In this document: positions 15,947 to 24,145 of the stretch, in pieces
Numbering within the stretch: the stretch's first letter is position 1
Layout of the letters: each line of letters starts with the position of its first letter
Origin: Candidatus Zixiibacteriota bacterium
Lineage (GTDB): Bacteria; Zixibacteria; MSB-5A5; GN15; FEB-12
Assembly: GCA_044227335.1 (NCBI GenBank)
Contig: JBGAWZ010000001.1
Coordinates: 1-46,674, forward strand
DNA: 46,674 bases
Reading direction: 5' to 3'
Notes under the pieces: generated by a model
The model's database searches: none
What the model was told of the DNA's origin: nothing
What the model saw: the letters and a program-made list of their open reading frames with translations, nothing else
Translations under genes and position numbers: made by a program

Positions 15947-17125
15947 TTAGTTGTAGGCACCGACAAACATCGCATGGCGGGATTCGTTGGCGACCAACAG
16001 AGACCGCGCCGTACGATAAGTGTCAATGATGATTTCAGATTGCCCGATAGGCTTAGCCTCCGGGATGAACTGTTCTGCCGCAAGCTCTTTCAGTGTGATT
16101 CTGTCCATATCCAGAATCCAACCCCAACCGCGAGTCCAAGGATCAGTCAGAAGGGGCAAAGAGACAAGGTTGGCAGTAAGACCGCGTGAGGTGTAGGTCT
16201 TAATATCAAGTCCGAAATTAGACCACTTCGGATCGATACGAAGAGTGTGGAGCGCGAAAGAGTCGATCATGTCGATAACATGACCGGCACAGGCGACAAA
16301 GACGTTGGTCGCATCGGGATTCTGGTCTTTGAAATCTCCCAAGAGATTCCGCCAACCGGATTCAGTGAAGAGGCCGTTGTAGTCTTTGTACAGAGTACCA
16401 TTTCGGAGGAAGTAGGTCAGCCCGCCCGCCATCCCGACAGTCGCCGGGGCGGTTCCAGTCTGAGACCGTCCACCAAAATACATACCCTGTTCGCCCTTGA
16501 CGCGAAACTCGCGGTATTTCTGCTGTTGCAACTGCGTCCGCTTTGATCCGGGGCCGCCAAACCAAGTCGTTTCCGCATTGGCGAGTCGATTGATACCGAA
16601 CTGGAGCTTAATCAGTTGGATGTAGTTGTAAACATTTGTATCAGTCACCGAAGAGGTGCGATACGTTGCATCGTCATTCTCGACGATAGCGGGTGGCAAA
16701 ACCTTTAGCACATCACCGGCGTTCCATGCCGCTCCCGTTGACCCGCCTACGCTACGAGTAATCGTAACGGAGTTGGCCGCCGGAGTAGAGTCAACACTTG
16801 CCAAGTCGAAGGTTCTGGGATTAAACAGAACAGTTCCGGCTACAAGGGTAGGCCCGTTGGCATTAACGGTTAGTGTGGTTCCCGAAGAAGTCACTGCCGC
16901 CGTACACAGTACGGATGTCGGTATGTGTTGCTCTTCGATAAGGTCAACACGGACATTTCTCGCGGGTTCGCGTGAAATGCGGGTCAGGATGGTCGTCAAC
17001 GGCGTAAGCTCTGGAAAAGCTGTCAGCCGCTTAGACCATATATCTGCCGGGACTTCATTGGTTGTGAAAAGGTTCTGAGACCCTCCCGTCACTACGGTCG
17101 ATTGACTCAGAAGATAATCTGGCAT
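15947..17125 (-). CDS. Major capsid protein (HK97-fold, DUF5309/SU10-like pattern)
   Basis: 392 aa. Lies directly after the scaffold-like gene and downstream of the portal. The C-terminal pattern ...GWILDMDRITLKEL...IIIDTYRTARSLLVANESRHAMFVG resembles HK97-like capsid families. Confidence 0.7.
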   Translation of the reverse strand: MPDYLLSQSTVVTGGSQNLFTTNEVPADIWSKRLTAFPELTPLTTILTRISREPARNVRVDLIEEQHIPTSVLCTAAVTSSGTTLTVNANGPTLVAGTVLFNPRTFDLASVDSTPAANSVTITRSVGGSTGAAWNAGDVLKVLPPAIVENDDATYRTSSVTDTNVYNYIQLIKLQFGINRLANAETTWFGGPGSKRTQLQQQKYREFRVKGEQGMYFGGRSQTGTAPATVGMAGGLTYFLRNGTLYKDYNGLFTESGWRNLLGDFKDQNPDATNVFVACAGHVIDMIDSFALHTLRIDPKWSNFGLDIKTYTSRGLTANLVSLPLLTDPWTRGWGWILDMDRITLKELAAEQFIPEAKPIGQSEIIIDTYRTARSLLVANESRHAMFVGAYN

Positions 17126-17170
17126 TAAGGTACTTCGCTTTCAGTGGCCGAGGCCACAAGGTTCTACGTT
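17126..17170 (-). promoter_or_regulatory. Leader element upstream of the capsid gene: AACGTAGAACCTT / hairpin GTGGCCTCGGCCAC / AAGCGAAGTACCTTA abutting the ATG
   Basis: Read on the minus strand. Parallels 2220..2265. No canonical SD is present. Confidence 0.5.
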
Positions 17171-17190
17171 GTCCAGTTTATTAGACTGTG

Positions 17191-18132
17191 TTACCAGACA
17201 AGCGGAATAGTATCAGGCGCGATCTGATCCGCCGTCTTTTTCTCTGCCGCTTTCAATTCGTCTCCAAACAGAATCTTGCCGCTTGGCGCGGGAGACCCGA
17301 TTGGCTTAGGTAATTTATCCAAAGCCGCCAATTTATCCTTGTCGGCTTGTTCTGTGGCTGTCAGTCGGGTTGTTACCGACTTAGCTGTCCGAGCGGCCTC
17401 AAGATTCTTGATAACCAAGCGGACAATGGCGTTTGATTTCCCCGGCACGTTAGCAAAAGGAAGCTGTACCGCCTCTTGCATCACACCGGAAAACTCCGCC
17501 ATAAACGCCTTTGATTCTTCCGGGGTAGTCCCGTTTAATGGAGTGAGTCGGTAAGAATCTACCGGGCCGTCCGGTCTTGAAGCGACAGGATCATATCGAT
17601 AACCAAGAGCCGCGAGATACCCATTCAACCCGTCTAATGACTCGTTGAAATCACGATCCATTTCAGCGTTGAAGGTTTTCTCATACTCGGCGTCCCGCTC
17701 TTTTTGGAGTCGAGCCAGCAAGTTTGCTTCCGCCCTTGCTGTCGCTTGGTCGGCAATAATCGCCGCCGCATTCGGTTTCAGTTGCCCGTATTCGTCATAA
17801 ATAGACGGTTCAGTCACAGGCTGAGTCTCCACCTTAGCGGGAGCCGGAGTGATTTCCTCGGCGGCTACCATCTTCGGGTTCGATCTCAACTTTTCCCTGA
17901 ACTGGTCGAAATTCTTGTCGATCTGGGACAACCTCCCCATTGAAGCCCGATAAGCCGCCAAGACTTGCTCATGTTTTTCAACAGAGACGAATCCTTCGGG
18001 GGCTTTCTCCGGTTCCTTGATAGGTCCCGGTTCGGTCTTTGGCGGATCAGTTATCACCGGTTCCGGCTGTTTTTCAACAGTCGTATCTGGGGCAATCTGA
18101 TTCGCCATTTCTTCGGGGGTTAGTTCAGCCAT
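17191..18132 (-). CDS. Scaffolding protein candidate (313 aa, acidic, Pro/Glu-rich N-terminus, helical)
   Basis: Lies between the portal and capsid genes. Composition is typical of scaffolds. Confidence 0.55.
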   Translation of the reverse strand: MAELTPEEMANQIAPDTTVEKQPEPVITDPPKTEPGPIKEPEKAPEGFVSVEKHEQVLAAYRASMGRLSQIDKNFDQFREKLRSNPKMVAAEEITPAPAKVETQPVTEPSIYDEYGQLKPNAAAIIADQATARAEANLLARLQKERDAEYEKTFNAEMDRDFNESLDGLNGYLAALGYRYDPVASRPDGPVDSYRLTPLNGTTPEESKAFMAEFSGVMQEAVQLPFANVPGKSNAIVRLVIKNLEAARTAKSVTTRLTATEQADKDKLAALDKLPKPIGSPAPSGKILFGDELKAAEKKTADQIAPDTIPLVW

Positions 18133-18135
18133 AAA

Positions 18136-18549
18136 TTACCTCTCTTGCATAGACGCGCCGCCTTGCCCGTGAAATAACGGGGAGAGTGGGCCGTTCTCCA
18201 TGCTCTGAAGACGTTTGAGTAGCGATTCAAGTTCTTTCGAGTGCGTGACAAATTCCTTCTCGGTGGCGTCACAAAGAGTGAGGAAACCGATTATGGCGTT
18301 CCGCCAAGCATAGAGAGAACGTATTTCTTCTTTGAATTTTTCGGGATTAACGCCGCATTGAACCTGTTCGGCATCCAATTCAATCACGGCCTCTAATGAC
18401 AACCGCTTGAGTGACTGCCAGCCCGCAAGTTGTCTCATCCGCACAACTTCTTGATCGGCGTGGAGCTTCGACTGCAATTCGGCGATGATGTCCTTCGCTG
18501 TCCTGCGACTACCGAAATATGTGCCGAGCTTTTTGATAAATCTGTTCAC
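18136..18549 (-). CDS. 137-aa hypothetical head-module protein
   Basis: GTG start with GTGA overlap with the portal stop. Confidence 0.5.
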   Translation of the reverse strand: MNRFIKKLGTYFGSRRTAKDIIAELQSKLHADQEVVRMRQLAGWQSLKRLSLEAVIELDAEQVQCGVNPEKFKEEIRSLYAWRNAIIGFLTLCDATEKEFVTHSKELESLLKRLQSMENGPLSPLFHGQGGASMQER

Positions 18550-20360
18550 CGTCTCGCCTCAACTGCAAGCCGGTTGTTATTCTTGACCGGCTGTTTACCG
18601 CCATTGGCTTTCAGCCGTAGGTTCTCAACGGCGATTGCATTGTCAACTTGAGACTGCTGTGCCTGTTGCTCTGCCTGCATTTGGGCTTGCATTAACGATT
18701 GCTCGTACATCGCCATACCCTCTTGCAAGTTAGTCTCAATCTGCTCCTGCGGCCACTCGTGATCTTCCATGATCTGTTTGGCGTGATTGAAAAGCCCCTG
18801 TTGATACAGGGGGATCAGAACATTTATCAACGCAACGTCGCTTCTCTGTTTCACAAGTAGATTAGCTACTCTATTCGATCCCTTGTAATTCATTCCAATT
18901 CGACAGGGAAGATGTTCGGGGTTGGCCGAAATAAGAGTGTACGCGGCCTCTTGACCAACAATCTCCGCATAATCCTGCGCTGTCCCAAACTGATCGATAT
19001 GGGCAGAGAGTTTCAACCCGAAATCTCGGAGGAAAATATGTTCTCCGAGTTTAACCGTTTGCTCGGTGTTCACATCGCCAATCTGTGAAAGCTGAACGGA
19101 TTCAGTGGCGGTAGAAACTCCCGGATCGGCCTCGCCATAAGAAGGCGGGAACTGTCGCGCCGTTAAGTCCATTGATCTTTCAATCATTGGGATCAACTGG
19201 AAATCTTCGTGCTGTGAAGGGATACCCGGATGGACGTAAAAGTCATCTGTAATCGGTCGCCCGACAGTGGTGCTTACGGGTATTCGATTTGCGGTTGCGA
19301 GAACAATATCGTTTTTATCCATTCCGGGAGACCGGAAAAACACCGCCGGATGTAGACCATAAGCCCTCGCGCCAAACAACAGCGACCACCAATCACCAAG
19401 CATGGTTTGAAGGATTTCGTTTGGCTTTGCTTCCCCCTGTCCCCAGAATCGGTTTTGGGTATGAGCGTCAATCCCATGCACCATGCGGGAAAGATTTATC
19501 CGCCCATGTCCACCTTTGTTTTTTGCGAACGGATTATCTGTTTCCTCAAGAACGTGGTATCCATCCCACACCCAGATATACCGATCATTCGACTGGTAGC
19601 ACATAAGTACGCCCATGTCGTTATCGGTTGTCGGGGCGGGGAGTCCGTATCTTGCGCGGATATTGTACCCGACATGACCAGACTTTGACCCCGCTTCAAT
19701 ACTTGAAGGGTTCGCCAATTCCGCAGGGTCTATTCCAAAGGATTCCGCGATCTGTCTGCGACTTGCGACATCGAAGGTAATCACGAACCGACATCCCCTG
19801 TCGGTTTCAAGATCAGTCGCAAATGGGTCAACGTACACCTCCCACGGCCCGCGAGTCTTTAGCGTAAACCGGAGCTGATTCACAACCTTTGACTCAACGA
19901 CAAATCCCCCCATCGGATGAGGGACGGCGAATTTCTTTACTACAGGGACGCGCTCAGGCCAAGGTTCGATAAAGCACGTCCCGTACAGATTGGCGATCTT
20001 TTCAAGAAGAATCGCCTCAGCATAGAAATTAGCATCTTCCAAGTAGCCCTGTCTCAATCTGTTTTGAATATCGAGGTAGGGCTTCATGTTTTTGTCACTG
20101 GTCGTAAATTCAATCCAAGGGGTAGAGCCGAATAACGCCTTGACTTCTTTTGCCGCCTTAGTCTCTACGATAGAGTAGATTTTCGGTATCTGAATCTGAG
20201 GCAAAGACGAATCCCTGTTGCTCATATCTACATAGGCATGATACAACAGATAATCCCTACCGTATTGCGCGTTGAGCTTGTTCTGCTGTTCCTCGCAATT
20301 CGTGTAGGCCGACCGCACCAGATTCAGGGCGTCGCCATCAAAGTCAAGCGTTGCGGCCAA
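18546..20360 (-). CDS. Portal protein
   Basis: 604 aa, downstream of TerL. Gln-rich helical C-terminus (MQAQMQAEQQAQQSQ) reminiscent of portal barrels. TTG start directly after the TAA of the upstream micro-ORF. Confidence 0.7.
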   Translation of the reverse strand: MAATLDFDGDALNLVRSAYTNCEEQQNKLNAQYGRDYLLYHAYVDMSNRDSSLPQIQIPKIYSIVETKAAKEVKALFGSTPWIEFTTSDKNMKPYLDIQNRLRQGYLEDANFYAEAILLEKIANLYGTCFIEPWPERVPVVKKFAVPHPMGGFVVESKVVNQLRFTLKTRGPWEVYVDPFATDLETDRGCRFVITFDVASRRQIAESFGIDPAELANPSSIEAGSKSGHVGYNIRARYGLPAPTTDNDMGVLMCYQSNDRYIWVWDGYHVLEETDNPFAKNKGGHGRINLSRMVHGIDAHTQNRFWGQGEAKPNEILQTMLGDWWSLLFGARAYGLHPAVFFRSPGMDKNDIVLATANRIPVSTTVGRPITDDFYVHPGIPSQHEDFQLIPMIERSMDLTARQFPPSYGEADPGVSTATESVQLSQIGDVNTEQTVKLGEHIFLRDFGLKLSAHIDQFGTAQDYAEIVGQEAAYTLISANPEHLPCRIGMNYKGSNRVANLLVKQRSDVALINVLIPLYQQGLFNHAKQIMEDHEWPQEQIETNLQEGMAMYEQSLMQAQMQAEQQAQQSQVDNAIAVENLRLKANGGKQPVKNNNRLAVEARR

Positions 20361-20504
20361 TTACTTCTTCTCTTTCGGCTGTTCTTTCTGTGTCATGTTG
20401 ACCATGAGGCCAAATACTTTCTTGAAATCGGTATCGCTCAACTCAAAGCTCTTGCGCTTCGGTTCTCCCTTTTCATCCCATTTGCAGATTACTACGTTAG
20501 CCAT
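20361..20504 (-). CDS. 47-aa hypothetical protein (MANVVICKWDEKGEPKRK...)
   Basis: ATG 20504 preceded by AGGAGA. The longer 100-aa track version overlaps the upstream gene heavily. Confidence 0.45.
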   Translation of the reverse strand: MANVVICKWDEKGEPKRKSFELSDTDFKKVFGLMVNMTQKEQPKEKK

Positions 20505-20835
20505 TTGAATCTCCTGTATTAGTGTTGGTTTGAGTTTTCTCTTGTAAATCGCCCATGGTTGACTTGGGGAACTTAGCAACGGCGACCACTGATCTACATC
20601 CCCGGCAACAATCATTCTTACTTGGGTTATCATGGACGGCCACAACCGCCCGAACGTCATCACTCGTGGTTTCTATCGTCGCCAGTTCTTTGTCTTTGAT
20701 TAGGTGCGATACACAGACCGGCACACCAAAGGCCCGATCTACCGCGTCGGGGTAAGAGTCAAGCCGCTCGTAAAAGTGGAACTCACTCTTTGGGTGCCGG
20801 GAGCCGTTGCCCCATGTGTGGGTTGCGACTATCAT
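20497..20835 (-). CDS. 112-aa hypothetical protein
   Basis: ORF track, ATG start 12 nt after the TerL stop. Confidence 0.4.
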   Translation of the reverse strand: MIVATHTWGNGSRHPKSEFHFYERLDSYPDAVDRAFGVPVCVSHLIKDKELATIETTSDDVRAVVAVHDNPSKNDCCRGCRSVVAVAKFPKSTMGDLQEKTQTNTNTGDSNG

Positions 20836-20847
20836 ATTTGTTTCAGT

Positions 20848-22272
20848 TCACCACCCATCCCCCCTCGCCATCGAATTAGTCGGCACTCCGGTTATCGGAT
20901 TGATGCGGGAACCTTTGGGGAGAACGGCACCGCCGCGCGACTCCTTCCCCTGAGTCCTATCCTTCCATGAGATAATCCCAGCCAGAGCGTCGGTAAACCC
21001 GTCCACAAGATCGTCGTGGTCGCCGGTCGGGAAAAGAGTTAGCTCTTCCAAGAGCCGCCGCCCGCCCGTGTCGGTTGAGTCGATGAAGATTTTCCCCATT
21101 TGACACAAGGGCTGAACCGCGTAGGCCCGCCGCTCTTTGTCTTTGTCGGGCTGAATCTCCTCGATGTTCATAAACTCCCGGTGGTCTCGGAGGTAGATGT
21201 CCAATGCCTCTTTTAACGCCTTCTGATACCCTACAGTCTCCAAACGGAGCTTGTGCGCCCCAACCTCTCGGTACATCCGCGCAATCTCTGAGACGGCTTC
21301 CTGTACCGTCCAGTGGCCTCTCCGTGCCTTGATATAGATATTCGGGTCTTGAGCAAAGGTAGCCGAGGCAGAGACTAAGGCGGTGTAATCCGCAGACTGG
21401 TCTTTTGAGATAGCCGGATCACACGAAAGGACGGTGTAAACACCCGCCCGAAAGTCCTTATCCCTTTGGTATTCGTCAAGTTCCCTGAACCAAGACCGGC
21501 TGAAAATAGGATTTTCGTTGATTAGCGGTATGCCCATAAACTCAGAGGAAAAGGCCAAGTCGCCGACAATGGCTCTCTTTTGGTCGATCCATGCCTTTGA
21601 GAACCGCTCCGGCCACAATGGGACACCATCGGTTTCGATTGTGTAGTTTCGGACAGTCCACGCCGGATTCGCCATGAGTTTGGCGAGTAGACAGAGGGGG
21701 TGTAGATTCGTGCCTGCCACGATGACTTTACCGTCAGGCGTCAAAGAGTTGAGTAGGGCTTTGTAGAACCAGTCTTCTAAGGCGTCGCGCTGGACATCCG
21801 ACCTTACTTGCTCGTCGTTTTCCAAGTCGTCACAGATAATCAGATCAGGGCGCGGGCCGCGAGTCTGGCTCCCTGTCCCTCTGGCTGAAACCTTGACAAT
21901 CGTGCCGTCGGCGCGTTTTAGCTCAATGTCATCCGCTTCCCAACGATCCCCCCGAATATCCCCAAAGTCGGCCAGTAAGAACTCGTTCGACTCGACTTCG
22001 GCCCGGATCATTCGTAGACGGTCACGGGCGTATTTGCCGGTATCAGTCACAATCAGGATGTTGTTGGCCGATCCAGAGTAAACCTCGTACAGAACTTTAG
22101 TTAGGTTGAATATGAAAGACTTGGCAGAACCGCGAAACGACTGGACGGCCAATCTCTGAGGCGGGCTTTGGGCATCCCTATACATCTCCCGGTGAAACCC
22201 CGGAACCACATCGGTCATGTGGTGGACAAGGTATCGACCGGCAAAGAACTCAATTGGGAGAAGGGCTGTCAC
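20848..22272 (-). CDS. terL: Terminase large subunit
   Basis: Walker A-like FRGSAKS, Walker B LIICDDLEND, and C-terminal nuclease motifs VLSCDPA...DYTALV and GDHDDLVDG. Confidence 0.85.
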   Translation of the reverse strand: MTALLPIEFFAGRYLVHHMTDVVPGFHREMYRDAQSPPQRLAVQSFRGSAKSFIFNLTKVLYEVYSGSANNILIVTDTGKYARDRLRMIRAEVESNEFLLADFGDIRGDRWEADDIELKRADGTIVKVSARGTGSQTRGPRPDLIICDDLENDEQVRSDVQRDALEDWFYKALLNSLTPDGKVIVAGTNLHPLCLLAKLMANPAWTVRNYTIETDGVPLWPERFSKAWIDQKRAIVGDLAFSSEFMGIPLINENPIFSRSWFRELDEYQRDKDFRAGVYTVLSCDPAISKDQSADYTALVSASATFAQDPNIYIKARRGHWTVQEAVSEIARMYREVGAHKLRLETVGYQKALKEALDIYLRDHREFMNIEEIQPDKDKERRAYAVQPLCQMGKIFIDSTDTGGRRLLEELTLFPTGDHDDLVDGFTDALAGIISWKDRTQGKESRGGAVLPKGSRINPITGVPTNSMARGDGW

Positions 22273-22702
22273 TCTTTACCTTCTTTGCGTCGAATGGTAT
22301 GCCAAACTTGTCGGCCATGTCCGCCATGCGCTCAATCTGTTGTTCAGCCGCGATTACAACCTTGCCCGTATGTTCGTGCTTTGTCTTTTCTTGGTAAACA
22401 CCGATACCTCTGAAAAAGCCGTTTATCATCGAGGCGTCGGCAGTAAGTAAACCGGTCTGTAGCCCCATTGCGGCGTCTGGGATCATCGAAACAAGGGCGT
22501 TGCGAACCGTTTCCGGCTCAAACTCTTTTCCGAGAAAAGCCGTGAATCTGTTTATGATAATACGGACGGTGTTGCGGTGGTATCCGAACTTTTTGCCGAT
22601 CTCTTCGTGTGACAAGTTCCCGAACTGATAAGACGCCCAGATCACAAAGTCGAGATGAGTCGGCTTATTCTCTAACTTGTCTGCATCTTTTTTCTTAGGC
22701 AT
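22250..22702 (-). CDS. terS: Terminase small subunit candidate (N-terminal HTH)
   Basis: 150 aa, overlaps the terL start. HTH-like segment is LSHEEIGKKFGYHRNTVRIIINR. Confidence 0.5.
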   Translation of the reverse strand: MPKKKDADKLENKPTHLDFVIWASYQFGNLSHEEIGKKFGYHRNTVRIIINRFTAFLGKEFEPETVRNALVSMIPDAAMGLQTGLLTADASMINGFFRGIGVYQEKTKHEHTGKVVIAAEQQIERMADMADKFGIPFDAKKVKSDSPSPN

Positions 22703-22759
22703 TGCAATAAATTGCTATGTTGCACGATTTTGCACTTTGGCGGTTGACTGTCAGTTGAT

Positions 22760-22802
22760 AACTTAAAATACACCCTACCGGGCTGTCATGACCCGGCAGG
22801 GT
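22760..22802 (-). terminator. Rho-independent terminator-like hairpin (11-bp stem with one G-U pair, 9-nt loop, then GUAUUUUAAGUU)
   Basis: ACCCUGCCGGG-UCAUGACAG-CCCGGUAGGGU read on the minus strand, downstream of the tRNA unit. Confidence 0.55.
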
Positions 22803-22903
22803 TAGGGACGAATGGTATGGAATTACGGTCACGCCCAATAAAAGGTCATTGTTGAATAGGTTGTCAATCACAAAGAGGAAATGCGTGCCATTTATTCGAG
22901 ATT

Positions 22904-22953
22904 GAAAAACGGGAGAGGAATCGTGGGCTTGTCGTCCTCCTGATCCCTCTCCC
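22904..22953 (-). terminator. Possible terminator just 3' of the tRNA (8-bp stem GGGAGAGG/CCUCUCCC, long 27-nt loop, then GUUUUUC)
   Basis: Inverted repeat plus U-tract on the minus strand. The long loop lowers confidence. Confidence 0.35.
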
Positions 22954-22965
22954 TGAAAGGTATAA

Positions 22966-23036
22966 TCGGCTCCACAGGAATCGAACCTGCGTGGTCTCGC
23001 TCCCAAAGCGAGTGCCTGTCTCTCGGCCAAGAGCCG
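22966..23036 (-). tRNA. tRNA-Pro (anticodon UGG)
   Basis: Hand-folded cloverleaf. 7-bp acceptor stem CGGCUCU/GGAGCCG (one G-U pair), anticodon stem CUCGC/GCGAG, anticodon loop UUUGGGA. T arm is GCAGG-UUCGAUU-CCUGU with a 5-nt variable loop. The D stem is weak (3 bp) and no CCA is encoded. Confidence 0.7.
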
Positions 23037-23064
23037 ATACCATCAGACCACCCATTTCAAATGG

Positions 23065-23093
23065 TAGTTACAACCCGTAACCCCCCTTGTCAA
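23065..23093 (-). promoter_or_regulatory. Sigma70-like promoter for the tRNA unit (TTGACA - 17 nt - TAACTA)
   Basis: Perfect -35 at 23088..23093 and -10-like hexamer at 23065..23070 on the minus strand, about 28 nt upstream of the tRNA 5' end. Confidence 0.5.
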
Positions 23094-23094
23094 G

Positions 23095-23126
23095 TAAAAA
23101 CCCCGCCCGGATAATTCCGAACGGGG
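23095..23126 (-). terminator. Rho-independent terminator after the methyltransferase operon
   Basis: 10-bp stem CCCCGUUCGG/CCGGGCGGGG (two G-U pairs), 6-nt loop, then UUUUUU, about 30 nt after the stop at 23156. Confidence 0.8.
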
Positions 23127-23155
23127 CCACCGACCGCCATAAACTCAAAAGACGG

Positions 23156-24145
23156 TCAGAGACTAAGCACTTCCTGTTTCAGCCGCTTTTCGGCCATTGT
23201 GATATAGGCCGGATTCAGTTCGATGCCGAGATATTGCCGCCCCGCGTTCTTAGCGACCACCGCCGTTGTGCCGCTTCCCATGAAGGGATCGAGAATAACA
23301 TCACCGACCCTTGAGCCAGCCATGAGACATACCTTCACAAGGTCAGGCGGGAAGGTGGCAAAGTGGGCTTCGGCAAAGGAAACGGTTGGGATAGACCAGA
23401 CCGATCTTTTGTTGCGAGTCTCGGATCCAACACCAAGAGAATCACCCGCCACGTCCTGCCCGCGCCCGTCAACCAAGCTCGCCGCCCCAGTCATTCTCCC
23501 TGCTGGCCTACGGGTTCTGTCGTACTCCGTCCCTACCGATTTCTCCGCTATCGCCTTCGCGTCGTAGTAGTAGGTTGCGGATTTCGACATGAGAAAAATG
23601 TACTCATGCGCTTTCGTTGGCCGGTCAGTCACGCTCTCCGGCATGGGATTTGGCTTTGACCAGATTATGTCAGACCGGAGATACCAGCCGTTTGCCTGCA
23701 ATGCGAGAGCTACGCGCCAGGGGATGCCGATTAGGTCTTTGGGTTTGAGTCCGTCTATCCGATAGCTCGAGGCTGGACGCTCACGCCGCTCATCCCACCC
23801 ACCACGCTCAAAATACTCAGTGTTCTTTTCTCGTTGGACCCCGGGACCGCCATCCAATTCCGGTCGCCTCCCACTATTGCCCCATGATCCAGCATACGAA
23901 TCCCCCAGATTCAGCCACAGCGTCCCGTCTTTTCTCAGCACCCGCCGAACCTCGCGGAATACCTCGACCATCTTGGCAACGTATTCCTCCGGCGTCTTTT
24001 CAAGTCCAAGCTGGCCATCAACGCCGTAGTCGCGGAGTCCCCAATATGGCGGGCTGGTAATGACACACTGGACAGATTCGTCCGGCCAGCCCCGCATTAC
24101 TTCGAGGCAGTCACCCGTTATTATCTGGTTGATCGGCAAATTCAT
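23156..24145 (-). CDS. Beta-class DNA methyltransferase (N6_N4_Mtase type, SPPY motif, possibly N4-cytosine specific)
   Basis: Motif IV VITSPPYWGLRDYG near the N-terminus, motif I DPFMGSGTT near the C-terminus. Confidence 0.85.
   Translation of the reverse strand: MNLPINQIITGDCLEVMRGWPDESVQCVITSPPYWGLRDYGVDGQLGLEKTPEEYVAKMVEVFREVRRVLRKDGTLWLNLGDSYAGSWGNSGRRPELDGGPGVQREKNTEYFERGGWDERRERPASSYRIDGLKPKDLIGIPWRVALALQANGWYLRSDIIWSKPNPMPESVTDRPTKAHEYIFLMSKSATYYYDAKAIAEKSVGTEYDRTRRPAGRMTGAASLVDGRGQDVAGDSLGVGSETRNKRSVWSIPTVSFAEAHFATFPPDLVKVCLMAGSRVGDVILDPFMGSGTTAVVAKNAGRQYLGIELNPAYITMAEKRLKQEVLSL

Noticed and set aside
22695-23055. Minus-strand ORFs 22695..23030 (111 aa) and 22864..23055 (63 aa)
   Set aside because: They run straight through the tRNA-Pro gene and the terminator hairpins, have no SD, and have implausible composition.
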